From an uncultured Nitrosopumilales archaeon (GTDB taxonomy: Archaea; Thermoproteota; Nitrososphaeria; Nitrososphaerales; CAZIZY01), in the NCBI GenBank assembly GCA_964544235.1, contig CAZIZY010000045.1, forward strand, positions 1 through 50,659: DNA of 50,659 nt, written 5' to 3'. Made by a program: the position numbers and the translations under genes. Shown here in pieces: positions 9,792-19,499 of this stretch. How positions within the stretch are numbered: position 1 is the first letter of the stretch; every line of letters begins with the position of its first letter. The notes beneath the pieces are model-generated. The model was not told where the DNA came from, did no database searches, and saw only the letters and a program-made list of their open reading frames with translations.

Positions 9792-10211
9792 ATGAGTAAA
9801 GAGTCTACTAGTTCAAAAAAGGGGAAAACTGGAGCTTCTGTTAAGAAGTCATCTAGTGATAAATCTACTGTTAAGAAGAAGGCTTCTGATGCTAAATCAG
9901 TTGTTAAGAAGAAGGCCTCTGGTGCTAAATCAGTTGTTAAGAAGAAGACCTCTACTAAAAAATCTAAAATTACAGAATTAACGTATTCACCTTCTGCAAA
10001 TCTTTTAGTTCCTAAGCATGAAATCCTTTCTGATACTGATAAAAGCGGTGTCCTTCAACAGTATCATGTTACTCCAGATCTTTTACCGCATATTTTAGTT
10101 ACAGATCCAGCTGTACTTGAAATTAAAGCTAAACCTGGTGATGTTCTAAGGATCACTAGAGATAGTGAAACTGCTGGTGAATCAATTTATTATAGGGTTG
10201 TTGTTGAATAA
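9792..10211 (+). CDS. rpoH: DNA-directed RNA polymerase subunit H (Rpo5) with Lys/Ser-rich repeat N-terminal extension
   Basis: The C-terminal ~75 aa (LVPKHEILSD....LPHILVTDPAV..I.AKPGDVLRITRDSETAGESIYYRVVV) match RpoH/Rpb5-C. The first ~60 aa are KK-rich repeats. The only ATG in frame is at 9792. Confidence 0.85.
   Translation: MSKESTSSKKGKTGASVKKSSSDKSTVKKKASDAKSVVKKKASGAKSVVKKKTSTKKSKITELTYSPSANLLVPKHEILSDTDKSGVLQQYHVTPDLLPHILVTDPAVLEIKAKPGDVLRITRDSETAGESIYYRVVVE
9840..9968 (+). repeat. 33-nt coding tandem repeat (about 4 copies) inside rpoH
   Basis: Copies start at 9870 and 9903 (31/33 identical, GTTAAGAAGAAGGCYTCTGRTGCTAAATCAGTT). Degenerate copies start at 9840 and 9936. They encode VKKKAS(D/G)AKSV units. 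Confidence 0.85.
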
Positions 10212-13200
10212 TGGGTAGAAGACCAAAAAGCGCTAATAAAAAAAGTAAAAAGGACAGTAAAGTAGAAGCTGTTATAGTAGAAAAGAAACCTCGTAGAAAG
10301 AATGTTAAACCATCTAACAATACTTGGGCAGTATACGTAAGTATTGTTAAAACCGAAGGTATTGCAAGACAACATCTTAATTCATATAACGAATTTATTG
10401 AAACTGGAATACAACAAATTATTGATGAAACTTCTTCTATAGATATAGAATCACTTGTAGCTCCGTATAAAGTTCGTTTTGGGAAATTACGTATAGGATC
10501 TCCTCGTGTAGTTGAAATAGATGGATCTACTACTGGTGCTCTTCCATTAGAAGCAAGACTTCGAAGCTTAACTTATTGCTCTCCTTTATATGTTGAAATG
10601 TCAATTGAAGAACAAGGACAAGTCACTGCATCTCAAACACATTATATTGGTGATATCCCTGTAATGGTTAATTCAGATCTTTGTTCTCTTAGTAAAATGG
10701 GCCATGAAGAAACAATAAGTTCTGGTGAAGATCCTCGTGATACTGGTGGATATTTCATTATTAATGGTTCCGAACGAGTTATAGTTGGACTTGAAGATCT
10801 TTCTCCTAATAAAATAATGGTTGATATTACTCAACTTAGTGGCGTTGATGTTTTTAAATCAAAAGTTTATTCATCCATTGTTGGATACCGTTCTAAACTT
10901 GAAATTACTTTAAAACCAGATGGATTAATTAACGCTAAACTTCCTAATTCTCCTACAGATCTTCCGGTTACAATATTATTACGTGCGTTAGGAATTGAGA
11001 CTGATAAAGATATGGCTTATGCTATCTCACCTGAACCACTTATGCATGATTTTCTTGATGTAACATTTGAACGGACTAATGAAATAAAAACTCAGAATGA
11101 CGCTTTAGTTTACATAGGGAATCGAGTTGCGCATGGAATGATAGAAGAATTTAGAATTAAAAAAGCTGAGAATATACTTGATTGGGGACTCTTACCTCAT
11201 TTGGGTAAATCTCCTGTTGATAGAGAAGCTAAAGCATATTTCCTTGGTGAAGTTATTTGTAAACTTTTTGAACTTAAATTAGGATGGATTACTATAGATG
11301 ATAAAGATCATTATGGAAATAAAGTAATCAAATTTGCAGGACAAATGTTAGCTGATCTTTTCAGAACCGCTTTTAGAAATCTTATTCGTGACTTAAAATA
11401 TCAACTTGAAAGAATGAGCTCAAAACGAACAATTGGTGCTGTTGGTGCAGCATTAAGGCCTGGAATTATAACTGATAAATTGAATAATTCTATCGCTACT
11501 GGAAATTGGGGTAGAGGTAAAGTAGGTGTTACTCAATTAGTTGACCGAACAAATTATCTTGGTACTCTTAGCCATCTTAGACGAGTTCAATCTCCTTTAA
11601 GTAGAAGTCAACCTAATTTTGAAGCTCGTGACCTTCATGCAACCCATTTTGGTAGAATTTGTCCTAATGAAACTCCTGAAGGTGCTAATTGTGGACTTGT
11701 AAAGAATCTCGCTTTATCTACCATTATTTCTATTGATGTACCTACTTCTGAAATACTTGAACATTTATCTTCTTCTGGACTTGTACCTATGGTTAATGAT
11801 GATTTAGTTATTAAAAGTAAAGGATGTAAAGTATTCATTGATGGAAAATTCATTGGTTATATTGATGATGGCGATGAATATGTATCTAATTTACGAAAGC
11901 TAAGACGAGAAGGAAAAATACATCCACTTATTAGCGTTTCTTTATATAAAGTTCAAGATCTAAAAGCTTCTCGAAGACTATTCATAAGTACTAATGCTGG
12001 ACGTGTTCTTCGACCAGTTATAATTGTTGAAAATGGAGTTCCTAATTTAACCGGAGAAATGATAGCTCGATTAGAGCATGAAGAATTTACTTGGAAGGAT
12101 TTAGTTAATGAAGGAGTTCTAGAACTTTTAGATGCTGATGAAGAAGAAAACGCATTTATAGCTATGGAGAAAAAAGATTTAGTTCCAGAAAATACTCATT
12201 TAGAGATTCATCCAGCAGGAATGTTAGGTATTGCATCTTCATTAATTCCTTATCCTGAACATAATCAATCTCCACGTAATACTTATGAATCTGCTATGGC
12301 TAAACAATCATTAGGATTTTCTTCTCCTACTTTTCCATTTAATACTCATGTTAGACAACATCTACTAGTTTATCCTCAACCTCCTTTAGTTACTACTAAA
12401 GCTTTAGAAATGCTTGGAGTTGGAGAAAGAGCTAGTGGACAAAATTGTGTTGTTGCAGTACTTTCGCATGAAGGATATAATATTGAAGATGCTGTTGTAT
12501 TCAACAAATCTTCAATAGATAGAGGTCTTGCACGATCATTCTTTTATCGAATATATGATGCCGAGGCACGTCAATATCTTGGTGGAATGAATGATGTTTT
12601 TGATATACCTTCTTCAGAATCAAGTATACGTGGATATCGTGGTGAAAAATATTATCGATTACTTGAAGAAGATGGAGTAAGTTCTACTGAATCTGTAGTA
12701 ACTGGTGGTGATGTGATAATTGGAAGAACTAGTCCACCTCGATTTATTGAGGAGTACAAAGGATTTGAAACTAGTGGACCATATAGACGAGATACTTCAG
12801 TTACTGTTAGACAATCAGAGACTGGTGTTGTAGACTCAGTATTCTTTACTGAGAGTATAGCTGGAGGAAAATTATACAAAGTTAGAGTTAGAGATATGAG
12901 AATTCCTGAAATAGGTGATAAATTCGCATCTAGACATGGACAAAAAGGAATAGTAGGTCTTGTTGATTCGCAAGAAAATATGCCTTATACCGAAAATGGT
13001 ATTGTGCCTGATGTTATTATTAATCCACATGCATTTCCATCTAGAATGACAGTTGGACAATTCCTTGAAACTATAGGTAGTAAAGCTGCTTCTCTTCGTG
13101 GTACAAAGGTTGATGGTACTGCTTTTGATAGTGAAAATATTGATAGTCTCGGTAAAGTTCTGGAAAAACACGGATTCAAATCTAATGGAAGGGAAATAAT

Positions 13201-13651
13201 GTATGATGGACGTACTGGAAAGAAATTTGCTGCTGAAGTTTTTATTGGAGTAGTTTATTATCAGAAATTACATCATATGGTAGCTGATAAAGTTCATGCT
13301 AGGGCTCGTGGGCAAGTTCAAATGCTTACAAAACAACCTACTGAAGGAAGAGCTAGAGGTGGAGGTTTAAGATTCGGAGAAATGGAACGAGATTGTTTAA
13401 TTTCTTATGGAGCTTCTATGATGCTTAAAGATAGATTATTAGATAAAGCTGATAAAGCTGACGTTAAAATATGTGAAAAATGTGGATTAATAGCATATTT
13501 TGATGCTAGACAACGTAAATATGTTTGTAAAGTTTGTGGGGATTCAGTGAAGGTGTCTACTGTAGTTATGGCATATGCATTTAAACTATTATTACAGGAA
13601 ATAATGGGCTTGAATGTAGCTCCACGAATTTCATTGAAGGATACAGTATAG
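10211..13651 (+). CDS. rpoB: DNA-directed RNA polymerase subunit B (unsplit)
   Basis: 1146 aa. GDKFASRHGQKG, PSRMTVGQ and a C-terminal Zn site CEKCG...CKVCG. The ATG overlaps the rpoH stop (TAATG). A ~30-aa Lys-rich N-terminal extension precedes the conserved W....GL.RQHL.S.N.F region. Confidence 0.97.
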   Translation: MGRRPKSANKKSKKDSKVEAVIVEKKPRRKNVKPSNNTWAVYVSIVKTEGIARQHLNSYNEFIETGIQQIIDETSSIDIESLVAPYKVRFGKLRIGSPRVVEIDGSTTGALPLEARLRSLTYCSPLYVEMSIEEQGQVTASQTHYIGDIPVMVNSDLCSLSKMGHEETISSGEDPRDTGGYFIINGSERVIVGLEDLSPNKIMVDITQLSGVDVFKSKVYSSIVGYRSKLEITLKPDGLINAKLPNSPTDLPVTILLRALGIETDKDMAYAISPEPLMHDFLDVTFERTNEIKTQNDALVYIGNRVAHGMIEEFRIKKAENILDWGLLPHLGKSPVDREAKAYFLGEVICKLFELKLGWITIDDKDHYGNKVIKFAGQMLADLFRTAFRNLIRDLKYQLERMSSKRTIGAVGAALRPGIITDKLNNSIATGNWGRGKVGVTQLVDRTNYLGTLSHLRRVQSPLSRSQPNFEARDLHATHFGRICPNETPEGANCGLVKNLALSTIISIDVPTSEILEHLSSSGLVPMVNDDLVIKSKGCKVFIDGKFIGYIDDGDEYVSNLRKLRREGKIHPLISVSLYKVQDLKASRRLFISTNAGRVLRPVIIVENGVPNLTGEMIARLEHEEFTWKDLVNEGVLELLDADEEENAFIAMEKKDLVPENTHLEIHPAGMLGIASSLIPYPEHNQSPRNTYESAMAKQSLGFSSPTFPFNTHVRQHLLVYPQPPLVTTKALEMLGVGERASGQNCVVAVLSHEGYNIEDAVVFNKSSIDRGLARSFFYRIYDAEARQYLGGMNDVFDIPSSESSIRGYRGEKYYRLLEEDGVSSTESVVTGGDVIIGRTSPPRFIEEYKGFETSGPYRRDTSVTVRQSETGVVDSVFFTESIAGGKLYKVRVRDMRIPEIGDKFASRHGQKGIVGLVDSQENMPYTENGIVPDVIINPHAFPSRMTVGQFLETIGSKAASLRGTKVDGTAFDSENIDSLGKVLEKHGFKSNGREIMYDGRTGKKFAAEVFIGVVYYQKLHHMVADKVHARARGQVQMLTKQPTEGRARGGGLRFGEMERDCLISYGASMMLKDRLLDKADKADVKICEKCGLIAYFDARQRKYVCKVCGDSVKVSTVVMAYAFKLLLQEIMGLNVAPRISLKDTV

Positions 13652-13658
13652 TAGGTGA

Positions 13659-16600
13659 TTGGATATTTCTTTTATAGAAGAATCGCTTAAAGCTGTTGAT
13701 TCCATCAAATTCTCAATTTTTTCTCCTAATGAAATGAGAAAATATTCTGTTATTGAAGTAACTGCTCCTGAAACTTATGATGAAGATGGTTTACCTGTAC
13801 AAGGAGGATTAATGGATAATCGTTTAGGAACTCTTGAACCCGGACAAAAATGTGGAACTTGTGGAAATACTTCAGCTAGATGTCCTGGACATTATGGCCA
13901 TGTTGAATTATCCGAACCTGTAATTCATATAGCTTTTGTTGATGATGTTAACGTACTTCTTAAGGCTAGTTGTCGAGTATGTGGGCGTATTCTACTTAAT
14001 GATGAATCTATTGATTCATATAATTCTAAACTTTCTTCCAAAACGATATATTCTCCTAAACTTTCTCAGAATGTCACTAAAGACATTATTAAAGATGTTA
14101 AAACAATTACTGTTTGTCCTCATTGTAATCAAGATCAATTTGAGATTGAATTTACTAAGCCAACTGTTTTCCATGAATTAACTGATTGGGGTGGGGCTAC
14201 ACGTTTACTTCCTATAACTATAAGAGAACGACTTGAACGTATTACTGATGAAGATTTTAAACTTCTTGGATATGATCCTAGTTCAACAAGACCTGAATGG
14301 TTTATATTAAATTGTTTACCTGTTCCTCCTGTAGTTGTTCGTCCTTCTATAACATTAGAATCCGGAATTAGATCAGAAGATGATTTAACACATAAAACTG
14401 TAGATATTTTACGAGTTAATCAACGACTTCGAGAAAGTAAGGAATCAGGAGCACCACCATTAATTATTCAAGATTTAGTTGATCTTCTTCAATTTCATGT
14501 TACTACCTTTTTCGATAATGAAGTTTCAGGAATACCTCAAGCTCATCATAGATCAGGTAGACCTCTTAAAACCATCAGTCAAAGATTAAAAGGTAAAGAG
14601 GGAAGATTTAGAGGAAGTCTATCAGGAAAAAGAGTTGACTTCTCGAGTCGAACTGTTATTTCTCCGGATCCTAGTCTTGATATTTCTGAAGTTGGTATAC
14701 CTGTTGAAATAGCTAAAAAATTAACTATTCCTGAAAGAATTTCTTCTTGGAATAAAAAATATTTGATAAATTTAGTTAAACGAGGGGCTAATGAACATCC
14801 AGGCGCAAATTACGTTATTAGACCTGATGGCGTTAAAATTAGATTAGACTATGTTGTTGATAGGGATACATTAGCTGATTCATTAGTTGAGGGATTTATT
14901 GTAGAACGACATTTACTTGATGGTGATGTAGTACTTTTCAATCGTCAACCTTCTCTTCATAGAATGTCAATAATGGCTCATTTGGTAAAAGTTCTTCCAT
15001 ACCGAACATTTAGACTTCATCCTGCTGTTTGTCCTCCTTATAATGCTGACTTTGATGGTGATGAAATGAACCTTCATGTTCCACAAAATGAAGAATCTCG
15101 TTCTGAAGCATTTACCCTTATGACTGTTCAAGATCAAATTCTTTCACCAAGATATGGTGGTCCTATAGTAGGAGCAATAAGAGATTTCATCACTGCAGCT
15201 TTCTTACTTACAAAAGATGAAACCACTCTCACTAAAGATGAATTTAGTAATTTAGCATTTACTGGTGGATATTCGGGAACTCTTCCTAAACCTGATATAA
15301 TGAAACCTACTCCAATGTACACTGGTAAGCAATTAATTTCATTATTCTTGAAAGATGATTTTAGATTTGTTATGTCTTCACGATGGGCTAAAAATCTTGG
15401 TGAGGAAAGTCCAGATTTAGTGATTAAAGATGGAAATATGATTAGTGGAGTAATTGATAGAGCTGCTATAGGTGCTGAAGAACCTGATAGTTTGTTACAT
15501 CGAATTGCAAAAGATTATGGGAACGAAGATGCTAGAGCATTCCTTAACGCTATTTTTCCTTTATTAACTAAATTCATTACTAGAATAGGATTCTCATATA
15601 ATTATGATGAATTAGAATTATCTAAACACACCGAATCTTCTATTAATAAAACTATTGACAAATCTTATTCTCAAGTTTCTTCTTTAATCGATGAATATAA
15701 TGAAGGAAAATTAACTGCTACTCGTGGCCTTTCAGGAATAGAAACTCTTGAATCATTAATTGTAAGTGAACTTTCTAAAGCTCGAGATAAAGCTGGAAGA
15801 CTTGCTGATGAAGCTTTTCCATTAGATAATTCTGGTGTAGTAATGGCTAGAACTGGAGCTCGAGGTTCTGCTCTTAATCTTGGTCAAATGACTGCTACAT
15901 TAGGTCAACAATCAGTTCGTGGGAAAAGAATTGAACATGGCTACCGTAGTCGTGCATTATCTCATTTTGCACCAGATGATCCTTCTCCTGACGCTAAAGG
16001 TTTCGTTAAATCCAATTATAGAACTGGATTATCTCCTACTGAGTTCTTTTTCCATGCTATGGGTGGAAGAGAAGGACTTGTAGATACTGCTGTAAGAACT
16101 CAACAGAGTGGATACATGCAACGAAGGCTTGTAAATGCTATGGAGCATTTAAAAGTTGAATACGATCTTTCTTTGAGAGATCCTTCTGGTTCAATAGTTC
16201 AATTCACTTATGGAGATGATGGTGTCGATCCTGCAAAGAGTGATCATGGTAAAGCTGTTAATATTGATAGACTTGTAGATGTTGAGTTAGTACTCGGAGA
16301 TAAAGGTAAAAAAGTAACTCCAAAAGAACTTGAATCAATTATTAAAAAATACGCTAAATCATTTAATAAGCGTGTATTATCTGATTTAGAATTAGCGTTA
16401 TCTGATAAACCTCTTTCAAAAATTAGTGTAGAAAGAATATGTAAATCTACTGTTTCATTGAAAGATAAAGCAACAGTTGAGCCTGGTGAAGCTAGTGGAA
16501 TAATAGCTGCACAATCTATTGGAGAACCAGGTACTCAAATGACTCTGAGGACTTTTCACTTTGCTGGAGTTAGAGAACGAGCAGTAACTCTTGGACTTCC

Positions 16601-17450
16601 TAGATTAATAGAACTTGTTGATGCTCGTAAAAAACCGTCAACTCCATCGATGACTGTCTATTTGAATGATACATATAAAAAATCTAATGAAAAGGCATTA
16701 CAGGTAGCAAGTAATATTTTATTATCAAAAATAAGTGATGTTGTTCTTTCTAGCAGTGTAGATTTTAGAGGTATAACTTTCATTCTTGATGAAGATAAAA
16801 TGAAAAATAGGACTGTCGTTCTTGATATGGTATCTTCTGCAATGCAAGTAGGAAAGAGAAAAATACAAGTTGAAGATGACGCTAAAACAATTACTGTTAA
16901 TATAGATGGTGCTGATTTACCCACTTTAATTACAACTCGAAATAAAATACTTAATACTCGAGTTAAAGGCCTTACAGGTGTTACTCGAATAACAGTTGTT
17001 CAAGAAGATAATGATTGGTTTATTCAAACTACTGGTTCCAATCTTGCTGGAGTGTTTGAAATTGAGGGAGTTGATATTTCAAGAACTACAACTAATAATA
17101 TTTCCGAAATTGAGTTAACTTTGGGAATAGAAGCTGCTAGACAAGCTATGATTAATGAAATAATGGGAACTTTAGATGAACAAGGTCTTGAAGTTGATAT
17201 TCGTCATATTTACTTAGTTAGTGATTTAATGACCGCAAAAGGTCAAATGCAACAAATAGGTAGACATGGAATTACCGGAAATAAAACAAGTGTTTTAGCT
17301 AGAGCTGCATTTGAAATAACTGTTCCTACAATTGCTTCCGCATCAGTAAAAGGTGAAGTTGAGAACTTAAAAGGAATTACGGAGAATGTTATAGTTGGAT
17401 TACCTATTCCTGTTGGAACTGGAATGATTGATCTGTTTATGAGAGGATGA
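13659..17450 (+). CDS. rpoA: DNA-directed RNA polymerase subunit A, A' and A'' fused in one ORF
   Basis: 1263 aa. Zn site CGTCGN...CPGHYGH and catalytic NADFDGDEMNLH (A' part), then trigger-loop AAQSIGEPGTQMTLRTFHFAG (A'' part), in the same frame with no stop. The conserved N-terminus requires the TTG start. Confidence 0.97.
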   Translation: MDISFIEESLKAVDSIKFSIFSPNEMRKYSVIEVTAPETYDEDGLPVQGGLMDNRLGTLEPGQKCGTCGNTSARCPGHYGHVELSEPVIHIAFVDDVNVLLKASCRVCGRILLNDESIDSYNSKLSSKTIYSPKLSQNVTKDIIKDVKTITVCPHCNQDQFEIEFTKPTVFHELTDWGGATRLLPITIRERLERITDEDFKLLGYDPSSTRPEWFILNCLPVPPVVVRPSITLESGIRSEDDLTHKTVDILRVNQRLRESKESGAPPLIIQDLVDLLQFHVTTFFDNEVSGIPQAHHRSGRPLKTISQRLKGKEGRFRGSLSGKRVDFSSRTVISPDPSLDISEVGIPVEIAKKLTIPERISSWNKKYLINLVKRGANEHPGANYVIRPDGVKIRLDYVVDRDTLADSLVEGFIVERHLLDGDVVLFNRQPSLHRMSIMAHLVKVLPYRTFRLHPAVCPPYNADFDGDEMNLHVPQNEESRSEAFTLMTVQDQILSPRYGGPIVGAIRDFITAAFLLTKDETTLTKDEFSNLAFTGGYSGTLPKPDIMKPTPMYTGKQLISLFLKDDFRFVMSSRWAKNLGEESPDLVIKDGNMISGVIDRAAIGAEEPDSLLHRIAKDYGNEDARAFLNAIFPLLTKFITRIGFSYNYDELELSKHTESSINKTIDKSYSQVSSLIDEYNEGKLTATRGLSGIETLESLIVSELSKARDKAGRLADEAFPLDNSGVVMARTGARGSALNLGQMTATLGQQSVRGKRIEHGYRSRALSHFAPDDPSPDAKGFVKSNYRTGLSPTEFFFHAMGGREGLVDTAVRTQQSGYMQRRLVNAMEHLKVEYDLSLRDPSGSIVQFTYGDDGVDPAKSDHGKAVNIDRLVDVELVLGDKGKKVTPKELESIIKKYAKSFNKRVLSDLELALSDKPLSKISVERICKSTVSLKDKATVEPGEASGIIAAQSIGEPGTQMTLRTFHFAGVRERAVTLGLPRLIELVDARKKPSTPSMTVYLNDTYKKSNEKALQVASNILLSKISDVVLSSSVDFRGITFILDEDKMKNRTVVLDMVSSAMQVGKRKIQVEDDAKTITVNIDGADLPTLITTRNKILNTRVKGLTGVTRITVVQEDNDWFIQTTGSNLAGVFEIEGVDISRTTTNNISEIELTLGIEAARQAMINEIMGTLDEQGLEVDIRHIYLVSDLMTAKGQMQQIGRHGITGNKTSVLARAAFEITVPTIASASVKGEVENLKGITENVIVGLPIPVGTGMIDLFMRG

Positions 17451-17457
17451 TGATTAT

Positions 17458-17778
17458 ATGGAAAAAAAGATAATTGATGCTGTTTTAAGACCACTATCTA
17501 AAAAAACTACACAAATTTACGGCTATAAGGAAACCATTAATTCTATTTCCCAAAGTAAAATAGTATTTTATTCTTCTTCTCTTTCAAATGAAAGAGTAAA
17601 ACATCTTCAAGATTTATGTGATAATTCAAATGTCCCTTGCGTTAAGTATGAAGGTTCAAGTTCCGATCTCGGTCATGTTTGTCGTAGATTATTTCGAGTT
17701 TTGACCGTTTCTATACAACAATCTGACAAAGATGATCTAAATAACTTATTTAATACTCTAGGAATTGAAAATGAATAG
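17458..17778 (+). CDS. rpl30e: 50S ribosomal protein L30e
   Basis: 106 aa. Position directly after rpoA and before nusA matches the conserved archaeal cluster. L7Ae/L30e-like pattern (G.KET..SI..SK....Y.SS). Confidence 0.85.
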   Translation: MEKKIIDAVLRPLSKKTTQIYGYKETINSISQSKIVFYSSSLSNERVKHLQDLCDNSNVPCVKYEGSSSDLGHVCRRLFRVLTVSIQQSDKDDLNNLFNTLGIENE

Positions 17779-17786
17779 GTGATTTA

Positions 17787-18224
17787 ATGGAATCAGCTAT
17801 AACTCTGAAATCTGAAGAGCTTCAATTAATGTCTTTAATTCAAGATTTAACTGGTGTTACTGCTAAAGATTGTATATTTGATTCTAAATTAAATCGCGTT
17901 ATTCTTGTGGTCGATTCCACTCAAATGGGTTTAGTTATCGGTAAAAAAGGAATGATGATTAAAAAACTAAAAAAGATTACCGGTAAATTAATTGAAATCG
18001 TTGAATATTCTGATGATCCTGTTAAATTTGTTACAAATATATTAAATCCAGATTTAATTGAAAATATTAAATTAACCAAGAATTCTAACAATAATCAAAC
18101 TATTGTTGTTAATGTGGATGGAAAAAATAAGGGGGCTGTAGTTGGAAAAAATGGCCGTAATGCAGAAAAAGCTAGATCGCTCTCAAAAAAATATTTCCAA
18201 ATTAATAATATTCAAATACTATGA
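17787..18224 (+). CDS. nusA: Archaeal NusA-like transcription termination factor (two KH domains)
   Basis: 145 aa with two KH GxxG motifs (IGKKGMMIKKL, VGKNGRNAEKA). Conserved position between rpl30e and rps12. Confidence 0.85.
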   Translation: MESAITLKSEELQLMSLIQDLTGVTAKDCIFDSKLNRVILVVDSTQMGLVIGKKGMMIKKLKKITGKLIEIVEYSDDPVKFVTNILNPDLIENIKLTKNSNNNQTIVVNVDGKNKGAVVGKNGRNAEKARSLSKKYFQINNIQIL

Positions 18225-18264
18225 TGTTTAGGAAGCCTTACACACATGAATTAATTGGAGTTTA

Positions 18265-18708
18265 ATGAAATATATGAAATCACCTAAAGGAGAATTTGCA
18301 GGAAGAATCCTGAAAGATAAGCGTTCAAAGCTTCGATGGTCTAATATGTATTATAAACGTAAAATGCTTGGACTTGATACAAAGGCTGATCCATTAGGAG
18401 GTTCACCTCAAGGTAAAGGCGTTGTATTAGAAAAAGTAGGTATAGAATCTAAACAACCAAACTCTGCAATTCGAAAATGTGTGAGAATACAATTAGTTAA
18501 AAACGGAAAACAGGTTACTGCTTTTCTTCCAGGTGATGGTGCATTAAATTTTGTAGATGAACATGATGAAGTTCTTGTTCAAGGTATTTCTGGTTCTATG
18601 GGCCGTTCTATGGGTGATATTCCTGGAGTTAGATGGACTGTTTTTAAAGTAAATGATGTTTCACTAAATGAACTTGTTTATGGTCGTAAGGAAAAACCAC
18701 AGCGATAA
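18265..18708 (+). CDS. rps12: 30S ribosomal protein S12 (uS12 / S23e)
   Basis: 147 aa with the [27 protein letters not shown] signature. Confidence 0.95.
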   Translation: MKYMKSPKGEFAGRILKDKRSKLRWSNMYYKRKMLGLDTKADPLGGSPQGKGVVLEKVGIESKQPNSAIRKCVRIQLVKNGKQVTAFLPGDGALNFVDEHDEVLVQGISGSMGRSMGDIPGVRWTVFKVNDVSLNELVYGRKEKPQR

Positions 18709-18726
18709 TATTGATTGTGATTAAGT

Positions 18727-19317
18727 ATGTCTGAATTATTACTTTTTAGAAAATGGAATTTAAGCGAAATTGAAGTTAACGATCAAGGATTAAAATCAGT
18801 AATATCATTAAATCCTGTATTAATTCCTACTTCAATGGGTAGACATGAGCATAAAAAATTCGCTAAATCAGAGGTTAATGCTGTAGAAAGACTAGTTAAT
18901 AGTTTAATGCATTTTGGAAAGAAAGACGCTAAAAATACTGGACGAATGAGTGGAAAAAAGCATAAACTCATTAATGTTGTCAAAGCAGCTTTTGAAATAA
19001 TTTATCTTCGAACTAATGAAAACCCTGTTAAAATATTTGTTCAAGCATTAGAAAATAGTTCACCTAATGAAGATACTACTAGAATAGCTTATGGTGGTGT
19101 TGTTTATCATCTTTCTGTTGATATTTCTCCTCAAAGAAGAGTTGATTTAGCTTTACGATTTATTTCAGAAGGCACTCGAGAATCAGCATTTTCTTCTGTT
19201 CTTTCTGTAGAAGAGGCTTTAGCAGAGGAAATAATTCTCGCTTCTTCAAATGATCGTAATAGTTATGCTATTAAAAAGAAAAATGAACAAGAACGAGTAG
19301 CTGTAGCTTCTAGATAA
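18727..19317 (+). CDS. rps7: 30S ribosomal protein S7 (uS7 / S5e)
   Basis: 196 aa with S7 family stretches (VERLVNSLM..G....KN.GK, AL.N..P.ED..R...GG). Confidence 0.92.
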   Translation: MSELLLFRKWNLSEIEVNDQGLKSVISLNPVLIPTSMGRHEHKKFAKSEVNAVERLVNSLMHFGKKDAKNTGRMSGKKHKLINVVKAAFEIIYLRTNENPVKIFVQALENSSPNEDTTRIAYGGVVYHLSVDISPQRRVDLALRFISEGTRESAFSSVLSVEEALAEEIILASSNDRNSYAIKKKNEQERVAVASR

Positions 19318-19470
19318 GTAAATTAAGAATAAATCCTCTTATTAAAATAGAAGATTACCTTATGTAAACATATTTGAAATCAAAACTTGATTCAATATTA
19401 AATAAATTGCACGGACATCTTCTTATCAACAACTTAGAATGGATTTACGATGGCATTTATCCTGAGTGGA

Positions 19471-19499
19471 ATATGCAAGAATTTTAGAGAAAATAAATG
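19471..19499 (+). repeat. Left copy of imperfect direct repeat (copy of tuf leader + ATG)
   Basis: ATATGCAAGAATTTTAGAGAAAATAAATG aligns to 22178-22207 with 26 identities, 3 mismatches and 1 gap. Both copies end on a start codon. Confidence 0.8.

Noticed and set aside
10190-17494. Nine short track ORFs antisense or out of frame inside rpoH/rpoB/rpoA: 10190-10375, 11635-11853, 12652-12879, 12872-13171, 12985-13179, 13936-14181, 15134-15322, 16658-16924, 17243-17494.
   Set aside because: All are nested within long, strongly conserved RNAP ORFs. Their translations are low-complexity or hydrophobic, as expected for shadow frames in AT-rich DNA. None has independent support.
19420-19470. Possible C/D-box sRNA (ACGATGG ... 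CTGA) in the rps7-cassette spacer.
   Set aside because: The C box is imperfect (not RTGATGA). There are no C'/D' boxes, no terminal stem, and the spacing does not fit a ~12-nt guide architecture.
19374-19487. 38-codon ORF (TTG start; ...LHGHLLINNLEWIYDGIYPEWNMQEF) just upstream of the cassette, with moderately elevated G+C; possibly a gene remnant belonging to the inserted DNA.
   Set aside because: Too short, with no recognisable motif and a weak start. It overlaps the left repeat copy. It cannot be distinguished from a chance ORF without homology searches, and is mentioned only as a possible marker of the island's left edge.
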